Positions 18,809 through 32,554 of a stretch of DNA of 64,000 nucleotides are shown here, piece after piece (positions within the stretch are counted from its first letter, which is position 1; the number at the start of each line of letters is the position of its first letter). A model generated the notes under the pieces. It was not told the origin of the DNA. It searched no databases and saw nothing but the letters and a program-made list of their open reading frames with translations. The position numbers and the translations under genes are program-made. The stretch is from Polyangiales bacterium (lineage in GTDB: Bacteria; Myxococcota_A; Polyangia; Polyangiales; Ga0077539), in NCBI GenBank assembly GCA_044229975.1, contig JBGARZ010000017.1, positions 32,001 through 96,000 of the forward strand, read 5' to 3'.

Positions 18809-20212
18809 TCACAGGTGGAGGCGGTCTCCCGCCGCCGGAACGATCACGCGCGCCGCTCCGTCCGCGAGGAGCGCTTCCCGGAGGGCGGTCTGCGCCGGGA
18901 GCTCGCCGTGGACGAGGGCGATGGCATCGACATGTCCCGCCTCCCGGGTGGCCGTCGCGTAGCGGCGCAGGTCGTCGCGGTCGGCGTGGGCGCTGAAGCC
19001 GTTGAGGACCACGACCTCGGCGCGTCGCTCGCGCTCGACGCCGAAGATGCGCACCTTCGCGCGCCGCTCGACCAGGCGCCGCCCGAGCGTGTGCTGCGCC
19101 TGGAACCCCACGATGACAACCGTGTTCCGCTCGTCCTCGATGGTGGTGCGGAGGTGGTGGAGCACGCGGCCCCCCTCGCACATGCCGCTCGCGGAGATGA
19201 TCACCGCGGGGTCGGGTCGGAGCGCGAGATCGCGGCTGGCCTCGTTGTCCTCGACGTAGCGCAGGCCGTCGAACTCGAAGGGCGAGTCGTGGGCAAAGAG
19301 CATGGCGCGCGCCTCGTCGTCGAGGCACTCGGGGTGGGTCTTGAAGACCTCGGTGATCTTCACCGTGAGGGGCGAGTCGATGTAGACCGGAATCGGCGGG
19401 ATCGCGCCTCGCTTGCGCAGGGTCTTGAGGGCGTAGACGAGCTCCTGCGCGCGCTCCAGCGCGAAGGCCGGGATGATGACCTTGCCGCCTCGGGCGAAGG
19501 TGCGCTTGATGGTGGCCGCGAGGTCGTCGTCCATCCGCGTGATCGGGTCGTGGAGGCGGTCGCCGTAGGTGCTCTCGCTGATCAGCACATCCGCCCCTGG
19601 CACCACCTCCGGGTCGCGCAGGATGGGCATGTTGGAGCGGCCGAGGTCGCCGGTGAACACCAGCCGACGGGTGCGCTCGCCCTCGTCAACATCGAGCGCG
19701 GTGACGGCGCTCCCCAGCACGTGCCCGGCGTCGAAGTAGGTGACCCGGACGCCCTTCGCGATCTCGAAGGTGCGGTGGTACGGGATCCCCACGAAGTGCC
19801 CGAGCGCGGCGATGGCATCGGCCTCGGTGAAGAGCGCCTCGACCCGGTCGCCCTCGATCCTCCCGCGCTCGATCTGGTGGTTCAGATAGCGGGCGTCCGC
19901 CTCCTGTATCATCGCCGCGTCGATGAGCATCGCCGCGCAGAGGTCGCGCGTCGCGTGGGTCGCGTAGATGGGGCCGTCGTAGCCCTGCTTCACCAGCAGA
20001 GGCAGTGCACCCGAGTGGTCGATGTGCGCGTGCGACAGCACCACGGCGTCTATGGAGGCGACGGGTAGCGGGAGTCGGCGGTTGCGCTCGGCGCTCTCCT
20101 GGCGGCGCCCCTGGAAGAGTCCGCAGTCGAGCAGCACGGTCGCGTGCGGCGTGCGAACGAGGTGCATCGACCCGGTGACCGTTTGGGCCGCTCCGACAAA
20201 TTCGACTTCCAT
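18809..20212 (-). CDS. MBL-fold beta-CASP metallo-hydrolase (YSH1/CPSF-like ribonuclease)
   Basis: LSHAHIDHSG, AGHVLGSA, FTGDLG, ESTYGDR, SASGMCEGGRVLHH, FSAHAD; start trimmed to ATG 20212. Confidence 0.92.
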   Translation of the reverse strand: MEVEFVGAAQTVTGSMHLVRTPHATVLLDCGLFQGRRQESAERNRRLPLPVASIDAVVLSHAHIDHSGALPLLVKQGYDGPIYATHATRDLCAAMLIDAAMIQEADARYLNHQIERGRIEGDRVEALFTEADAIAALGHFVGIPYHRTFEIAKGVRVTYFDAGHVLGSAVTALDVDEGERTRRLVFTGDLGRSNMPILRDPEVVPGADVLISESTYGDRLHDPITRMDDDLAATIKRTFARGGKVIIPAFALERAQELVYALKTLRKRGAIPPIPVYIDSPLTVKITEVFKTHPECLDDEARAMLFAHDSPFEFDGLRYVEDNEASRDLALRPDPAVIISASGMCEGGRVLHHLRTTIEDERNTVVIVGFQAQHTLGRRLVERRAKVRIFGVERERRAEVVVLNGFSAHADRDDLRRYATATREAGHVDAIALVHGELPAQTALREALLADGAARVIVPAAGDRLHL

Positions 20213-20225
20213 GAGGCTGCCAGTC

Positions 20226-20241
20226 AGCAGCACGCGTGCCG
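20226..20241 (-). promoter_or_regulatory. Putative sigma54 -24/-12 promoter
   Basis: CGGCACGCGTGCTGCT (GG-N10-GC) upstream of 20212. Confidence 0.6.
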
Positions 20242-20273
20242 AAGGGCCGCCGTGCCTTTCGCCTCTGCTCGCG

Positions 20274-20308
20274 ATGCAGAGGGTGCATCCCTGACGCAGG
20301 GTTTGCGC
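20274..20308. promoter_or_regulatory. Tandem enhancer sites (GCGCA-N5-TGCGC-like)
   Basis: ATGCAgagggTGCAT (20274) and ACGCAgggttTGCGC (20294), between divergent sigma54 promoters. Confidence 0.6.
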
Positions 20309-20338
20309 TTCGACGTTCGGAATCGGCGCTCGGCGGCG

Positions 20339-20354
20339 TGGCACGCGCGGTGCT
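20339..20354 (+). promoter_or_regulatory. Putative sigma54 -24/-12 promoter
   Basis: TGGCACGCGCGGTGCT upstream of 20409. Confidence 0.7.
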
Positions 20355-20408
20355 CACTTCCTCGCCGTGATCGGCCCGAGAGGCACCCGGTCGGAGGAGA
20401 GATCATCG

Positions 20409-21062
20409 ATGGAATCCCAAGACACCGCTGGCGTCGTCGAGTGCGCGATCGGCGTGCGCGAGACCGTGTGCGGCGACGGCGCGACGAAGCGGCGGCTGCT
20501 GGCCCATTGCGATCACCGGCGCGAGGCCGTCGAGCTGATGGACTGCTATGGGTGCGACCGACGTGTCCGGCTGCATCTGCCCACGGCGCGGGCGGCCGGG
20601 GCGGTCGAGTGTCGCCGCGACGCAGACACCGCCGAGCAGCCGTCGAGCGACCTTGGTCTGCGGGTGCCCGTCCGGCTCGTGATGGAACGCGACGTCGTCT
20701 GCCTTCAGCCTGATGTGACGATCGACATGGCGGCGCGCCTGCTCCTTGAGCGGCACGCCGCGGGCGCGCCGGTGATCGACGAGGCCGGGCACCCGGTCGG
20801 CGCGATCTCGCTCTCGGACGTGATGCGCCCGCGCCAGGCCGCGGCCGTCAGGCACACCGTCGCCGACGTGATGACGCCGCTGGTGTTTACCGTCTTCGAG
20901 AACACCGAGCTCTCGCGCGCGGCGGCCGTCATGTCATCCGTGGGCCTCCAGCAGCTCCCGGTGGTGCGGGGCGACGGCACCATCGCCGGCGTGCTGTCGA
21001 CCGTCGACGTGGCCCGTTGGGTGGCGCGCGACGCTTCCTTCGCTGGCTCGGCGACCCGATGA
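20409..21062 (+). CDS. CBS-pair protein with N-terminal four-cysteine domain
   Basis: GGAGGAG SD; CBS motifs VMERDVVCL...GAPVID...VADVMTP...LPVV; Cys-rich N-terminus. Confidence 0.85.
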   Translation: MESQDTAGVVECAIGVRETVCGDGATKRRLLAHCDHRREAVELMDCYGCDRRVRLHLPTARAAGAVECRRDADTAEQPSSDLGLRVPVRLVMERDVVCLQPDVTIDMAARLLLERHAAGAPVIDEAGHPVGAISLSDVMRPRQAAAVRHTVADVMTPLVFTVFENTELSRAAAVMSSVGLQQLPVVRGDGTIAGVLSTVDVARWVARDASFAGSATR

Positions 21063-23446
21063 GCGACGCCTCCATCTCCTCCGAGGAGCTCGCCAACCTC
21101 GATGCCTGGTGGCGGGCGGCCAACTACCTCACGGTCGGGCAGATCTATCTCCAGGACAATCCCCTGCTGCGCGAGCCGCTACGCCCCGAGCACGTCAAGG
21201 CGCGGCTGCTCGGGCACTGGGGAACGTCGCCGGGCCTGAGCCTGCTCTACGTGCACCTCAACCGGGCGATCCGCGAGCGCGGCCTCGACACGATCTTCCT
21301 CGCGGGTCCCGGGCACGGCGGCCCCGCGGTGCTCGCCAACCTCTACCTCGAAGGGAGCTACACCGACGTCTACCCGCGGGCGTCGCAGGACCTCGCCGGG
21401 ATGCGCGCGCTCTTCCGGCAGTTCTCCACGCCGGGCGGCGTGCCCAGCCACGTCGGGCCCGCGACGCCGGGCTCGATCCACGAGGGCGGCGAGCTCGGCT
21501 ACGTGCTCACCCACGCGTTCGGCGCAGCCTTCGACAACCCCGACCTGCTGGCTGTCGCGGTTGTGGGCGACGGCGAGGCGGAGACGGGTCCGCTGGAGGG
21601 ATCGTGGAAGGGGGTGAGCTTCTTGAACCCCGTGCGCGACGGCGCAGTGCTCCCGGTGCTGCACCTCAATGGCTACAAGATCGCCGGGCCCACGGTGCTC
21701 GGACGCGCCTCGGACGACGACGTGCGCTCGTTGCTCAGGGGACACGGCTACGACCCTCGCTTCGTCGAGGGCGACGACCCGATGCAGGTCCACCGCGCGC
21801 TCGCGGCGGCGCTCGACGGGTGCCTCGACGAGATCGCGCGCATCCAGCGCGAGGCCCGCGCGCGGGGCTCGATCGACGAGCGGCCGCGCTGGCCGATGAT
21901 CGTACTGCGCACCCCGAAGGGATGGACCGGCCCGAAGGAGGTCGACGGCATTGCCATCGAGGGGACCCACCGCGCGCACCAGGTTCCGCTCGCGGGCGTG
22001 CGCGCCGACCCGCGCCACCTCGCGATGCTCGAAGCCTGGCTGCGCAGCTACCGTCCGGAGGAACTCTTCGACGAGCGAGGCGCGCCCCGCGACTTCCTCA
22101 AGGTGCTCGCTCCCGAAGGCGCACGGCGGATGGGCGCCAACCCTCGCGCCAACGGTGGGGTCGTGTCGCGGCCGCTGGAGGTGCCCGACGTCGCGGCCTA
22201 TGCCGTCCCGGTGACCGCGCCGGGCGTCACGCGCTGCGAATCGACCGGGCAGCTCGGGCTCCTCTTGCGCGACATCTACCGCGCGAACCCGACGAACTTC
22301 CGGCTCTTCTGCCCGGACGAGACGCGCTCCAACCGCCTCGGGGCGGTCTTCGAGGCGGAGCGCCGCTGCCTCGTGGCGCGCCCGCGCTCCGGGGACGAGC
22401 AGGTGTCGCCCGATGGGCGCGTGATGGAGGTGCTGAGTGAGCACAACTGCGAGGGCTGGCTGGAGGGCTACGTGCTCACTGGGCGCCACGGCCTCTTCGC
22501 CACGTATGAAGCCTTCGCGCTCATCGTCGCTTCGATGACCACCCAGCACGCCAAGTGGCTGGAGGCCTGCGACGAACTGCCGTGGCGGGCGCGGGTGCCG
22601 TCGCTCAACATCCTCCTGACCTCCACTTGCTGGCGCAACGACCACAACGGGTTCAGCCACCAGGGGCCCGGCTTCATGGACACGGTGCTTTCCAAGAAGG
22701 GCACCGTCGCGCGCGTGTACCTCCCGCCGGACGCCAACTGCCTCCTGTCGGTCGCCGACCACTGCCTCTGCAGCACCGGCTACGTGAACCTCGTCGTCAT
22801 CGACAAGCAGCCGCAGCTCCAGTGGCTCGACCTCGACGCCGCGCGGGCCCACTGCGCTCGCGGCGCCTCGACCTGGGAGTGGGCCGGCAACGACCACGAC
22901 GGCCCGCCCGACGTGGTGCTCGCCTGCGCGGGAGACACCGCCACGTTGGAGACGCTCGCCGCCGCGAAATGGCTACGCGCTCGCGCCCCGGGGTTGCGTG
23001 TGCGGGTCGTCAACGTCGTCGATCTGATGACGCTCTACTCGCCCGCCGACCACCCCCACGGCATGTCGCAGGAGCGCTTCGTGGAGCTGTTCACCGCCGA
23101 CACGCCGGTGATCTTCGCCTTCCACGGGTACGCGGGCGCGGTGCATCAACTCCTGCACGGTCGCCCCGATCAGCGGCGGTTCCACGTGCGCGGTTACCGC
23201 GAGGAGGGATCGACCACAACGCCCTTCGACATGGTCGTGCTCAACCGCACGAGCCGCTACCACCTCGCCGCCGAAGCGCTACAGCGCACCTTGCGTCCGC
23301 CGGTGGATCGGGACGCCCTGGTCGCGGAGTGTCAGATGACGCTCGCTCGGCATTCCGCCTACGTGCGCGAGCACTTCGAGGACCTCCTCGAGATTCGCGA
23401 CTGGACCTGGAGCGACGACCCTGCGGCGGTGACGCGACGTGGGTGA
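21059..23446 (+). CDS. xfp: Phosphoketolase (XFP family)
   Basis: [54 protein letters not shown]. Confidence 0.96.
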   Translation: MSDASISSEELANLDAWWRAANYLTVGQIYLQDNPLLREPLRPEHVKARLLGHWGTSPGLSLLYVHLNRAIRERGLDTIFLAGPGHGGPAVLANLYLEGSYTDVYPRASQDLAGMRALFRQFSTPGGVPSHVGPATPGSIHEGGELGYVLTHAFGAAFDNPDLLAVAVVGDGEAETGPLEGSWKGVSFLNPVRDGAVLPVLHLNGYKIAGPTVLGRASDDDVRSLLRGHGYDPRFVEGDDPMQVHRALAAALDGCLDEIARIQREARARGSIDERPRWPMIVLRTPKGWTGPKEVDGIAIEGTHRAHQVPLAGVRADPRHLAMLEAWLRSYRPEELFDERGAPRDFLKVLAPEGARRMGANPRANGGVVSRPLEVPDVAAYAVPVTAPGVTRCESTGQLGLLLRDIYRANPTNFRLFCPDETRSNRLGAVFEAERRCLVARPRSGDEQVSPDGRVMEVLSEHNCEGWLEGYVLTGRHGLFATYEAFALIVASMTTQHAKWLEACDELPWRARVPSLNILLTSTCWRNDHNGFSHQGPGFMDTVLSKKGTVARVYLPPDANCLLSVADHCLCSTGYVNLVVIDKQPQLQWLDLDAARAHCARGASTWEWAGNDHDGPPDVVLACAGDTATLETLAAAKWLRARAPGLRVRVVNVVDLMTLYSPADHPHGMSQERFVELFTADTPVIFAFHGYAGAVHQLLHGRPDQRRFHVRGYREEGSTTTPFDMVVLNRTSRYHLAAEALQRTLRPPVDRDALVAECQMTLARHSAYVREHFEDLLEIRDWTWSDDPAAVTRRG

Positions 23447-24089
23447 CGCGCGCTGCGGGTGCCCGTCGCCGGGCGCCCATCGCCCGCGGCGCGTCGTGCT
23501 CACGGGTGGCCCGGGCGCCGGGAAGACCGCCGTGCTGGAGGTGGTGCGCAAGCGCTTCTGCGAGCACGTGGTGGTGCTGCCGGAGGCCGCGGGCATCGTC
23601 TACGGCGGAGGCTTCCCCCGCCACGCGAGCGACGCCGGGCGGCGCGCGGCGCAGGTCGCGATCTACCACGTGCAGGACCAGCTCGAAGCCCTCGCCCTCG
23701 CGGAGGGCGACCCCGCGCTCGTGCTGTGCGACCGGGGCGTGCTCGACGGGCTCGCCTACTGGCCCGGCACTGCGGAGTCGTTCTTCGCGCAGACCGGGTC
23801 CTCGCGTGCGGCGATCTTCGAGCGGTACGCGGCCGTCCTCCACCTGCGCACGCCCTCCGTCGCGGTCGGCTACAACCACCAGAATCCCCTGCGCGTGGAG
23901 TCGGCCGACGAGGCTTCCGTCATCGACCTGCGTCTGCTCGACGTGTGGCGTGACCACCCGCGGCGCGTCGTCGTCGAGAGCACCGAGGACTTCCTCGACA
24001 AGCTCCGGCGCACGCTCGACGCCCTCCGCGCCGAGCTTCCACCGTGCTGCGAGAACGGGGCGGGGCCCGACCGTCAGATGACGACCTGA
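23439..24089 (+). CDS. AAA_28 (NadR/Ttd14-like) P-loop ATPase/kinase
   Basis: [31 protein letters not shown]. Confidence 0.85.
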   Translation: MGDARCGCPSPGAHRPRRVVLTGGPGAGKTAVLEVVRKRFCEHVVVLPEAAGIVYGGGFPRHASDAGRRAAQVAIYHVQDQLEALALAEGDPALVLCDRGVLDGLAYWPGTAESFFAQTGSSRAAIFERYAAVLHLRTPSVAVGYNHQNPLRVESADEASVIDLRLLDVWRDHPRRVVVESTEDFLDKLRRTLDALRAELPPCCENGAGPDRQMTT

Positions 24090-24125
24090 AGCGGGAACGT
24101 CGTCCCGAGACGGCACGCCCGCTGT

Positions 24126-25649
24126 TCACGCCTCGCGTGACGCGGCCGGATCTCCGGGCACGAAGCGGCGGACGAGCGACCGGAGCGCTTCTGCTTCGAA
24201 GGGCTTGGTCATTCGCTCGTTGGGGACGCTGTCGAGGAAGGTCTCCGCCATCGGTGCGAACGCACCGCCGGTGAGGAACACCATCCGACGGGCATCCTCG
24301 GGCCTCGCGCGTGACAGTGCGGCGTGCAGCTCCATCCCGGTCATTCCCGGCATCATCAGGTCGCAGAGGATCACGTCGAAGGCCGCGCCTGCGTCGAGGA
24401 GGTCCAGCGCCTCGCGGCCGGTGGCGGCCAGGGTGACGTCGTGCTCACGCAGCAGGCGATGGAGCAGAGCCCGGATCCTGGGCTCGTCGTCCACGACGAG
24501 CACGCGGCCGCGCTTCGCTGCGACTTCGCTTTGCTTCGCCGTATCTTCGCCGACCGGGGTGGGCGTAGGCAGCGGCGCGGGGGCAGCGGGGAGGGACACG
24601 CGGAAGGTGGTCCCCCGCCCGACGACGCTCTCGACCTGGATGTCGCCGCCGAGAGCGGTGACGAGACCGTGGCAGATGGAGAGGCCGAGGCCCGTGCCGA
24701 CCCCGACAGACCTGGTGGTGAAGAAGGGATCGAAGATGTGCGGGAGCACGTCCGCCGCGATTCCGGCGCCGTTATCGCGCACCTCGACGAACGCACGACC
24801 GTCGGGGGCGGTTCCGGCGTGGAGGCGGATCTCGTTGTGCGCGAAGGCCCCCTCGGGCAGCGATTGCGCGGCGTTCACGATGAGGTTGAGGAACACCTGC
24901 CCGAGCCGTCCATCGTCGGCCTCGACGAGCGGGACGACGCCGTAGTCCTTCACGACGCGGCCGCGGAGCCGGAGCTCGTGGAGGGAGAGCATGAGGGCCG
25001 AGTCGAGGACGCGCGTGACGTCGAGGGGGACGCGCCGCTCGTCGTCCACCCGGGAGAAGGACTTGAGGTCGCGGACGATGCGTCGGATGCGCTCAGCGCC
25101 CTCGCGTGCCCCCGCGGCAAGCTCAGCGATTTCCGGTGCCGTGACCGTCCCCTCGGCGACGCGCTCGCCGATGAGTTCGAGGTTGCCCAGGACGTAGGCG
25201 AGGGGGTTGTTGATCTCGTGGGCGACGCCGAGGGCGAGGACGCCGAGAGAGGTCAGGCGGTCGTTGAGTAGCAGCTGCGTCTCCATCGCCTTGCGCACGG
25301 AGATGTCGCGGATGGCGACCAGCGCCATCATGCCCTGCGCGGCTCGCAGCGGGCTCAGGCTGATCTCGATGGGGAACTCGGTGCCGTCCCGGCGGAGGCC
25401 GCAGAGTGCGCGGCCGGCGCCCATGGGGTGCACCCTCGGCGCCGCGAAGAAGTCTGCGCGGTGTGCCGGGTGATCGCCACGCAGTCGCGACGGGATGAGC
25501 GTCTCGATCGGCCGGCCGAGGAGGTCGGCGCGCGCGAAGCCGAAGAGCCGCTCGACCTCCTCGTTGAGGAGAACGATGCACCCGTCGCGGTCGACGATCG
25601 CCATCGCGTCGGGGGCGGCGTCGAGCAGGTCTTTGAAGCGCTCGGTCAT
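24126..25649 (-). CDS. Hybrid sensor histidine kinase (PAS-HisKA-HATPase-REC)
   Basis: PAS N-terminus; [36 protein letters not shown]...CDLMMP. Confidence 0.93.
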   Translation of the reverse strand: MTERFKDLLDAAPDAMAIVDRDGCIVLLNEEVERLFGFARADLLGRPIETLIPSRLRGDHPAHRADFFAAPRVHPMGAGRALCGLRRDGTEFPIEISLSPLRAAQGMMALVAIRDISVRKAMETQLLLNDRLTSLGVLALGVAHEINNPLAYVLGNLELIGERVAEGTVTAPEIAELAAGAREGAERIRRIVRDLKSFSRVDDERRVPLDVTRVLDSALMLSLHELRLRGRVVKDYGVVPLVEADDGRLGQVFLNLIVNAAQSLPEGAFAHNEIRLHAGTAPDGRAFVEVRDNGAGIAADVLPHIFDPFFTTRSVGVGTGLGLSICHGLVTALGGDIQVESVVGRGTTFRVSLPAAPAPLPTPTPVGEDTAKQSEVAAKRGRVLVVDDEPRIRALLHRLLREHDVTLAATGREALDLLDAGAAFDVILCDLMMPGMTGMELHAALSRARPEDARRMVFLTGGAFAPMAETFLDSVPNERMTKPFEAEALRSLVRRFVPGDPAASREA

Positions 25650-25652
25650 GGT

Positions 25653-28205
<2,553 letters not shown>

Positions 28206-28254
28206 CGTTCGGGTCGCGTGCGGGGAGGCATGAGGTCCATGGAGTGGGTCACAG

Positions 28255-28270
28255 AGCAGACGGCGTGCCG
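28255..28270 (-). promoter_or_regulatory. Putative sigma54 -24/-12 promoter of mgtA
   Basis: CGGCACGCCGTCTGCT. Confidence 0.6.
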
Positions 28271-29227
28271 CGGTGCAGTCCGACCGCGCGCGGCGTCCGA
28301 TCCACGCGAGCAGCGCCTGTAGAAACGGTGCGAGCGGCAGGCGTCCGAGGAGGGCCGCGAGGTCGCGCGGGGACGCTCGCTCGTCGAGGAAGCGGAGCAC
28401 CGGCTCGACGCTTCCCCGGTGGAACATCGCCGCGAACACGCCGGGCATCCGCGCGGGCCATCGCGCCCACAACAGCAGGAAGACCTCGTCGAGGAAGCCG
28501 CAGAGCCGCCGCCTCTTCGGCGCTTCCATCGGGTCCCCAGGTGTTTGCAGCGAACGGAGGATCGCGGCGCTTTCCTCCAGGATGCGCGAGACCGCGTAAC
28601 CCGTGGAGGGCTTGAGCCGGCCCGCAGCCACGCCGATGCGACGGGTTCGCGGGCCGGCGAAGGGCGGGAGTCGCCGCGTGGTCAGCGGGCTCGCGCCGCC
28701 CTCGCGCGCGGTGACCTCCAGGGCACCGACACCGTACACGGTCGCCAGATAGCGCCGCAGGGTGGACTCGGCCTCTGCCCCCATCGGCTGGAGGCTCACC
28801 ATCTCGACCAGCGCCTCGCGCGCCGAGAAGGGCAGCAGATACGCGAAGTGCTCGCCGTTTCCGGCGCCACACCGGAAGTCGAGGAAAACCGCCGCGGACG
28901 GGTCGAACGCGTCCGTCGCAGTGCGGACGACGATCCCGTGGAAGTGCTGCCGGGTCGGCTCGTCGTCGTCCTTCTCCGCGACCGGATCTTCTCGCGGGAG
29001 GCGACTGTCGAAGACCCACCGTGCCTCCCACGGCTTCCCGTCGACCGTCACCCGCGTGAGTTCTCCCTCCGTCCTCACCTCGGTCGCCCGACCCTCGACG
29101 ACGTGGTGTCGAGGGTCGGCTCGCAGAGCCTCCGTCACTGACCGTCGGAGGTCGGCGAGGAAGAAGGTCTGGTCGCGAGACAGAGCCCGGACACCCCCGC
29201 GCCGATGATCGCGACGTCGTAGACCAT
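28271..29227 (-). pseudogene. Lycopene cyclase (CrtY-like FAD oxidoreductase), internally deleted/frameshifted, reading through in frame into mgtA
   Basis: ATG 29227 gives MVYDVAIIGAGVSGL (Rossmann) then an early stop; the other frame has VFDSR, QHFHG, FAYLLPFS, GRLKPSTGY, VLRFLDER. Confidence 0.7.
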
Positions 29228-29234
29228 CAGCCTC

Positions 29235-29729
29235 TCATTCCCCCGCTCGGGTCAGCAGAGAGGCCTCGGCCTCGAAGGTCGCGTTCAGCAGATCGACGAG
29301 ACGAGACTCCGCGGCGCGGCCCACGAGGGGGGCGCGGATCGAAAGGAAGACTTCGACGCAGCGCCGGGTGCCGCCATCGGCTCGGGGCGTGAGCGAGTAG
29401 GTCCCATGGCAGGTCACCCGCCGGGCCGCGACCTCGGGAAGGCACGGGGAGATCGTGAAGCGTCCGGCGTGCGCGGCGCGTGACCACTCGACGTGCTCGA
29501 CCCAAGCCACCGTCGGCAGCCATGCGAAGGCGCCACCCAGCCACCCGGGCCGCGCTCGGAACCGCGCCGTGGGTGTGACGAGGTCGCCCCGCGCCGTGCG
29601 CTCGAGGAGGCGCCCCTCGGCGAGCGCGGGGCAGGTGCTGCCCAGGGACGCGGGGAAGCCCGGGTCGAGGAGCGTTGCCTCGACGTGTTCGAGGTCGGCC
29701 GGGATGCGATGGTCGATACGATGATGCAT
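29235..29729 (-). CDS. DUF2505/SRPBCC-like protein
   Basis: ATG 29729; START-like pattern WVEHVEW...GTYSL...GGTRR...LSIRAPLVG..AE. Confidence 0.65.
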   Translation of the reverse strand: MHHRIDHRIPADLEHVEATLLDPGFPASLGSTCPALAEGRLLERTARGDLVTPTARFRARPGWLGGAFAWLPTVAWVEHVEWSRAAHAGRFTISPCLPEVAARRVTCHGTYSLTPRADGGTRRCVEVFLSIRAPLVGRAAESRLVDLLNATFEAEASLLTRAGE

Positions 29730-29783
29730 TCGAAGGAAGTGACGACGCTCCGAACCGGTGCGTCGTTTGACCGTAGGTCCCTC

Positions 29784-29799
29784 CGCAACGGACGTGCCG
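29784..29799 (-). promoter_or_regulatory. Putative sigma54 -24/-12 promoter
   Basis: CGGCACGTCCGTTGCG. Confidence 0.7.
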
Positions 29800-29839
29800 C
29801 GTGGAGATGCATCTCGAGGTGAGAACGGCATCACGCGGG

Positions 29840-29875
29840 GCGCAGATCCTTCACGCGACGGTGCAGGTCCTGCGT
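29840..29875. promoter_or_regulatory. Tandem enhancer sites (GCGCA-N5-TGCGC-like)
   Basis: GCGCAgatccTTCAC (weak) and GTGCAggtccTGCGT, 21 bp apart. Confidence 0.45.
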
Positions 29876-29938
29876 CGACATCGCTCATGCGTTCGCGGCC
29901 ATCGAGATCCCTTCGTGCGTCGGCGATGGATGAGGCAT

Positions 29939-29954
29939 CGGCCCGCAATCTGCA
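29939..29954 (+). promoter_or_regulatory. Putative sigma54 -24/-12 promoter
   Basis: CGGCCCGCAATCTGCA upstream of 29967. Confidence 0.5.
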
Positions 29955-29966
29955 CTCGCTCCGGGC

Positions 29967-30341
29967 ATGCCCCACCATGCAGTCCTCTGGATCGATCACC
30001 ACGAAGCCCGTCTCTTCGCGCTGGAGGGAGACGACCTCCGCGCCGAGGTGATGGTCGCGCACCCGCACCGCGCGTCGCACGCCCACCGCCACGTCGAGAC
30101 CCGGCACGCGGAGTCGGACGCGCGCTTCCTCGACGACGTCGCCGCGGCGCTCGAGAGCGCCGACCCGCTCCTCGTGGTCGGCCCCGGGACGGCGAAGCTC
30201 GAACTGATCCGCTACCTGCACCGCAAGGCGCCGACCATCGAGTCGCGGGTGGTTGGCGTGGAGACCGTCGACCACCCCACGGACGGGCAGGTGGTCGCCT
30301 TCGCGCGGCGCTACTTCCGCGCCTCCGACCGCATGCACTGA
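29967..30341 (+). CDS. Small eRF1 domain-2-like (baeRF/host-attachment type) protein
   Basis: HAVLWIDHHEAR, LLVVGPGTAK, VVGVETVDHPTDGQVVAFARRYF. Confidence 0.75.
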   Translation: MPHHAVLWIDHHEARLFALEGDDLRAEVMVAHPHRASHAHRHVETRHAESDARFLDDVAAALESADPLLVVGPGTAKLELIRYLHRKAPTIESRVVGVETVDHPTDGQVVAFARRYFRASDRMH

Positions 30342-30348
30342 CCGCCCG

Positions 30349-31533
30349 TCACGCGCCGTCGCGTGGGAACCACAGCGTGAAGGAGGCACCCCGCCCGGGC
30401 GCGGTCTCCAGCTCGATGCGCCCGCCGTGGCGGCGCACGAAGGCGTAGACCATCGCGAGCCCGAGGCCCGTCCCCTCGTCGCCCTTGGTCGTGAAGAACG
30501 GCTCGAACACCCGCCGCTCGACCTCCGGGCTCATCCCGGGGCCGTCGTCGGACACGCGCACCCACGACCCGTCGGACGACCCTCCCGTCGCGACGGAGAC
30601 GGTGCCGCCTCCGGGCATTGCGTCGATCGCGTTGACCACGAGGTTCACCAGCGCGGCCACGCCCTCGCCGGCCGCGAGCTGCACCGGCGGCGGCGCGCGG
30701 AGGTCCTCGACGAACGCGTACGTCACGCCCGTCTTCGCGCGGGCGCGCCCGATGGTCAGGGCCTCGCGCGCGATGCGATCGAGCTCGGTCGGCTCGGGAC
30801 GCCCCGAGGGCGTCTGGTGGCTGAAGGCGCGCAGCCGCTCCAGGGTCTCCACGCCGCGCCCCAGCACCGACTGCATCTCCGCGATGGAGCCTTGCGCCTC
30901 GGAGGCGTCCCGCGGCAGCAGGCGGCGCAGGTACTGGAGGTTGAGCGAGAGGGGGTTGAGGATGTTCTTGAGGTCGTGGGAGACGCTCGCGGCCATCTGC
31001 CCGAGCGCCCGCAGCTTCTCGCCCCGCTCCAGAGCCGCGCGCGAGTCCCGGAGCCGCTGGTACGACTGCGCGAGCTCGGCGTACTGGGCCGCCCCCGCGA
31101 GCCCCGCCGCCGCGAGGTCGACCAGGCCCTCCACCAGCACCTGCGCGCCCTCGTCCATGGCGCGTCCCGCCCGGTAGAGCAGCACCAACGACCCGAACAC
31201 CCCGCCCCCGCTCACGAGCGGGATCGTAACCGGCCGACCGAAGCCGCCGCCGACCGCCGTGAGGAGCGCGTCGCCGATCTCTTCACCCACCAGGTCCGCG
31301 TCCGCGGTGAAGTCGATGGGCGCGTCGGGCAGCCCCGTGGACGCGACGAGGCGCGAGGCGCCCGCAGACGTCACGGCGAGGGCGGCCGCCGCGTCGGCGC
31401 TGGCCTCCGTGACGGCGGCGCAGGCGAGCGCTGCGAGGACGTCGTCGGGTTTGGCGCTGCGGGTGACCAGTCGGCCGAAGTCCACGAGCGCGGTGAGGGC
31501 GCGGCGGCCCTCGTCGGTGTGCAGGGAGGCCAT
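30349..31533 (-). CDS. GAF-domain sensor histidine kinase
   Basis: SHDLKNILN, NLVVNAIDA, DDGPGM, FFTTK, GTGLGL; start trimmed to ATG 31533. Confidence 0.88.
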   Translation of the reverse strand: MASLHTDEGRRALTALVDFGRLVTRSAKPDDVLAALACAAVTEASADAAAALAVTSAGASRLVASTGLPDAPIDFTADADLVGEEIGDALLTAVGGGFGRPVTIPLVSGGGVFGSLVLLYRAGRAMDEGAQVLVEGLVDLAAAGLAGAAQYAELAQSYQRLRDSRAALERGEKLRALGQMAASVSHDLKNILNPLSLNLQYLRRLLPRDASEAQGSIAEMQSVLGRGVETLERLRAFSHQTPSGRPEPTELDRIAREALTIGRARAKTGVTYAFVEDLRAPPPVQLAAGEGVAALVNLVVNAIDAMPGGGTVSVATGGSSDGSWVRVSDDGPGMSPEVERRVFEPFFTTKGDEGTGLGLAMVYAFVRRHGGRIELETAPGRGASFTLWFPRDGA

Positions 31534-31636
31534 CGGGTGGGGGATAGTCACTCTGGCGCGAAGGCGTCGCTTCTTGCAATCCCGTCCCGCCGACCCTTGC
31601 CCCGCGCGCGGCGTCGGGGCTACCACTCGCGGGGGT

Positions 31637-32551
31637 ATGCACCACGACGAATTCCTCCACATGATCGACGAGCGCGAGCTGGCGAGTCGCCGGGCGTTCT
31701 TCGAACTCACTGACGAGGACCTCGCGCGCCTCGCGGCGCTCCGGCCCTTCGCCGAGCGCCATCTCGACGACATCAACGAGGCCTTCTACGAGCTGCTCCT
31801 GGGGCACCTGGAGAGCCGCCGCTTCTTCCCCGACGAGGCGACGGTGCGCCGCGTGAAGCGCCTACAGCGCGACTACTTCCTCGGGCTCTTCGACGGGCGC
31901 TGTGACATGGACTACGTGCGCAACCGCCTCCGCGTCGGGGCCGCGCACGAGCGCATTGGGATGGCCCCGCGCTGGTACATCGGAGCCTACCGCAAGTACC
32001 TCGAGCTCATCCAGGTACGGCTCTTCCGCGACCTGCCCGACGCGGCCGAGGCGCGCGCCGGGTACAGCAGCGTGCAGAAGCTGGTGGCCTTCGACATGGC
32101 CATCGCCATCGACACCTACAACGAGGCCAACCTCCAGACCGTGGGGCGCCACCAGGCAGCCATCCGCGAACTCTCGACGCCGGTGATCCGGGTGCACGAC
32201 GGGGTGCTGCTGCTGCCGCTCATCGGCACCATCGACAGCCAGCGCGCCCAGCAGGTGATGGAGACGGTGCTGGTGCGCGTCACCGAGGAGAAGGCCGAGG
32301 CCATCATCATCGACATCGCGGGCGTTCCCGTGGTCGACACCAAGGTGGCCGACCACCTGCTCAAGACCACCGCGGCGGTGCGGCTGCTGGGCGCCCGCAC
32401 CATCCTCACGGGCATCACCGCGCAGGTCGCGCGCACCATCGTGCAGCTCGGCGTGGACATCTCGGCGATGGAGACCCGGGCCCGCCTCGCCGACGGCATC
32501 GAGCTGGCCCTCTCCATGGTCGGCAAGTCCATCGGTCCGAAGGGACGCTGA
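31637..32551 (+). CDS. rsbR: Globin-coupled stressosome sensor (protoglobin + STAS), RsbR-like
   Basis: Protoglobin FYE...RLRVGAAHERIG; STAS ELSTPVI...PLIGTIDSQRA...VDTKVA. Confidence 0.9.
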   Translation: MHHDEFLHMIDERELASRRAFFELTDEDLARLAALRPFAERHLDDINEAFYELLLGHLESRRFFPDEATVRRVKRLQRDYFLGLFDGRCDMDYVRNRLRVGAAHERIGMAPRWYIGAYRKYLELIQVRLFRDLPDAAEARAGYSSVQKLVAFDMAIAIDTYNEANLQTVGRHQAAIRELSTPVIRVHDGVLLLPLIGTIDSQRAQQVMETVLVRVTEEKAEAIIIDIAGVPVVDTKVADHLLKTTAAVRLLGARTILTGITAQVARTIVQLGVDISAMETRARLADGIELALSMVGKSIGPKGR

Positions 32552-32554
32552 GCG

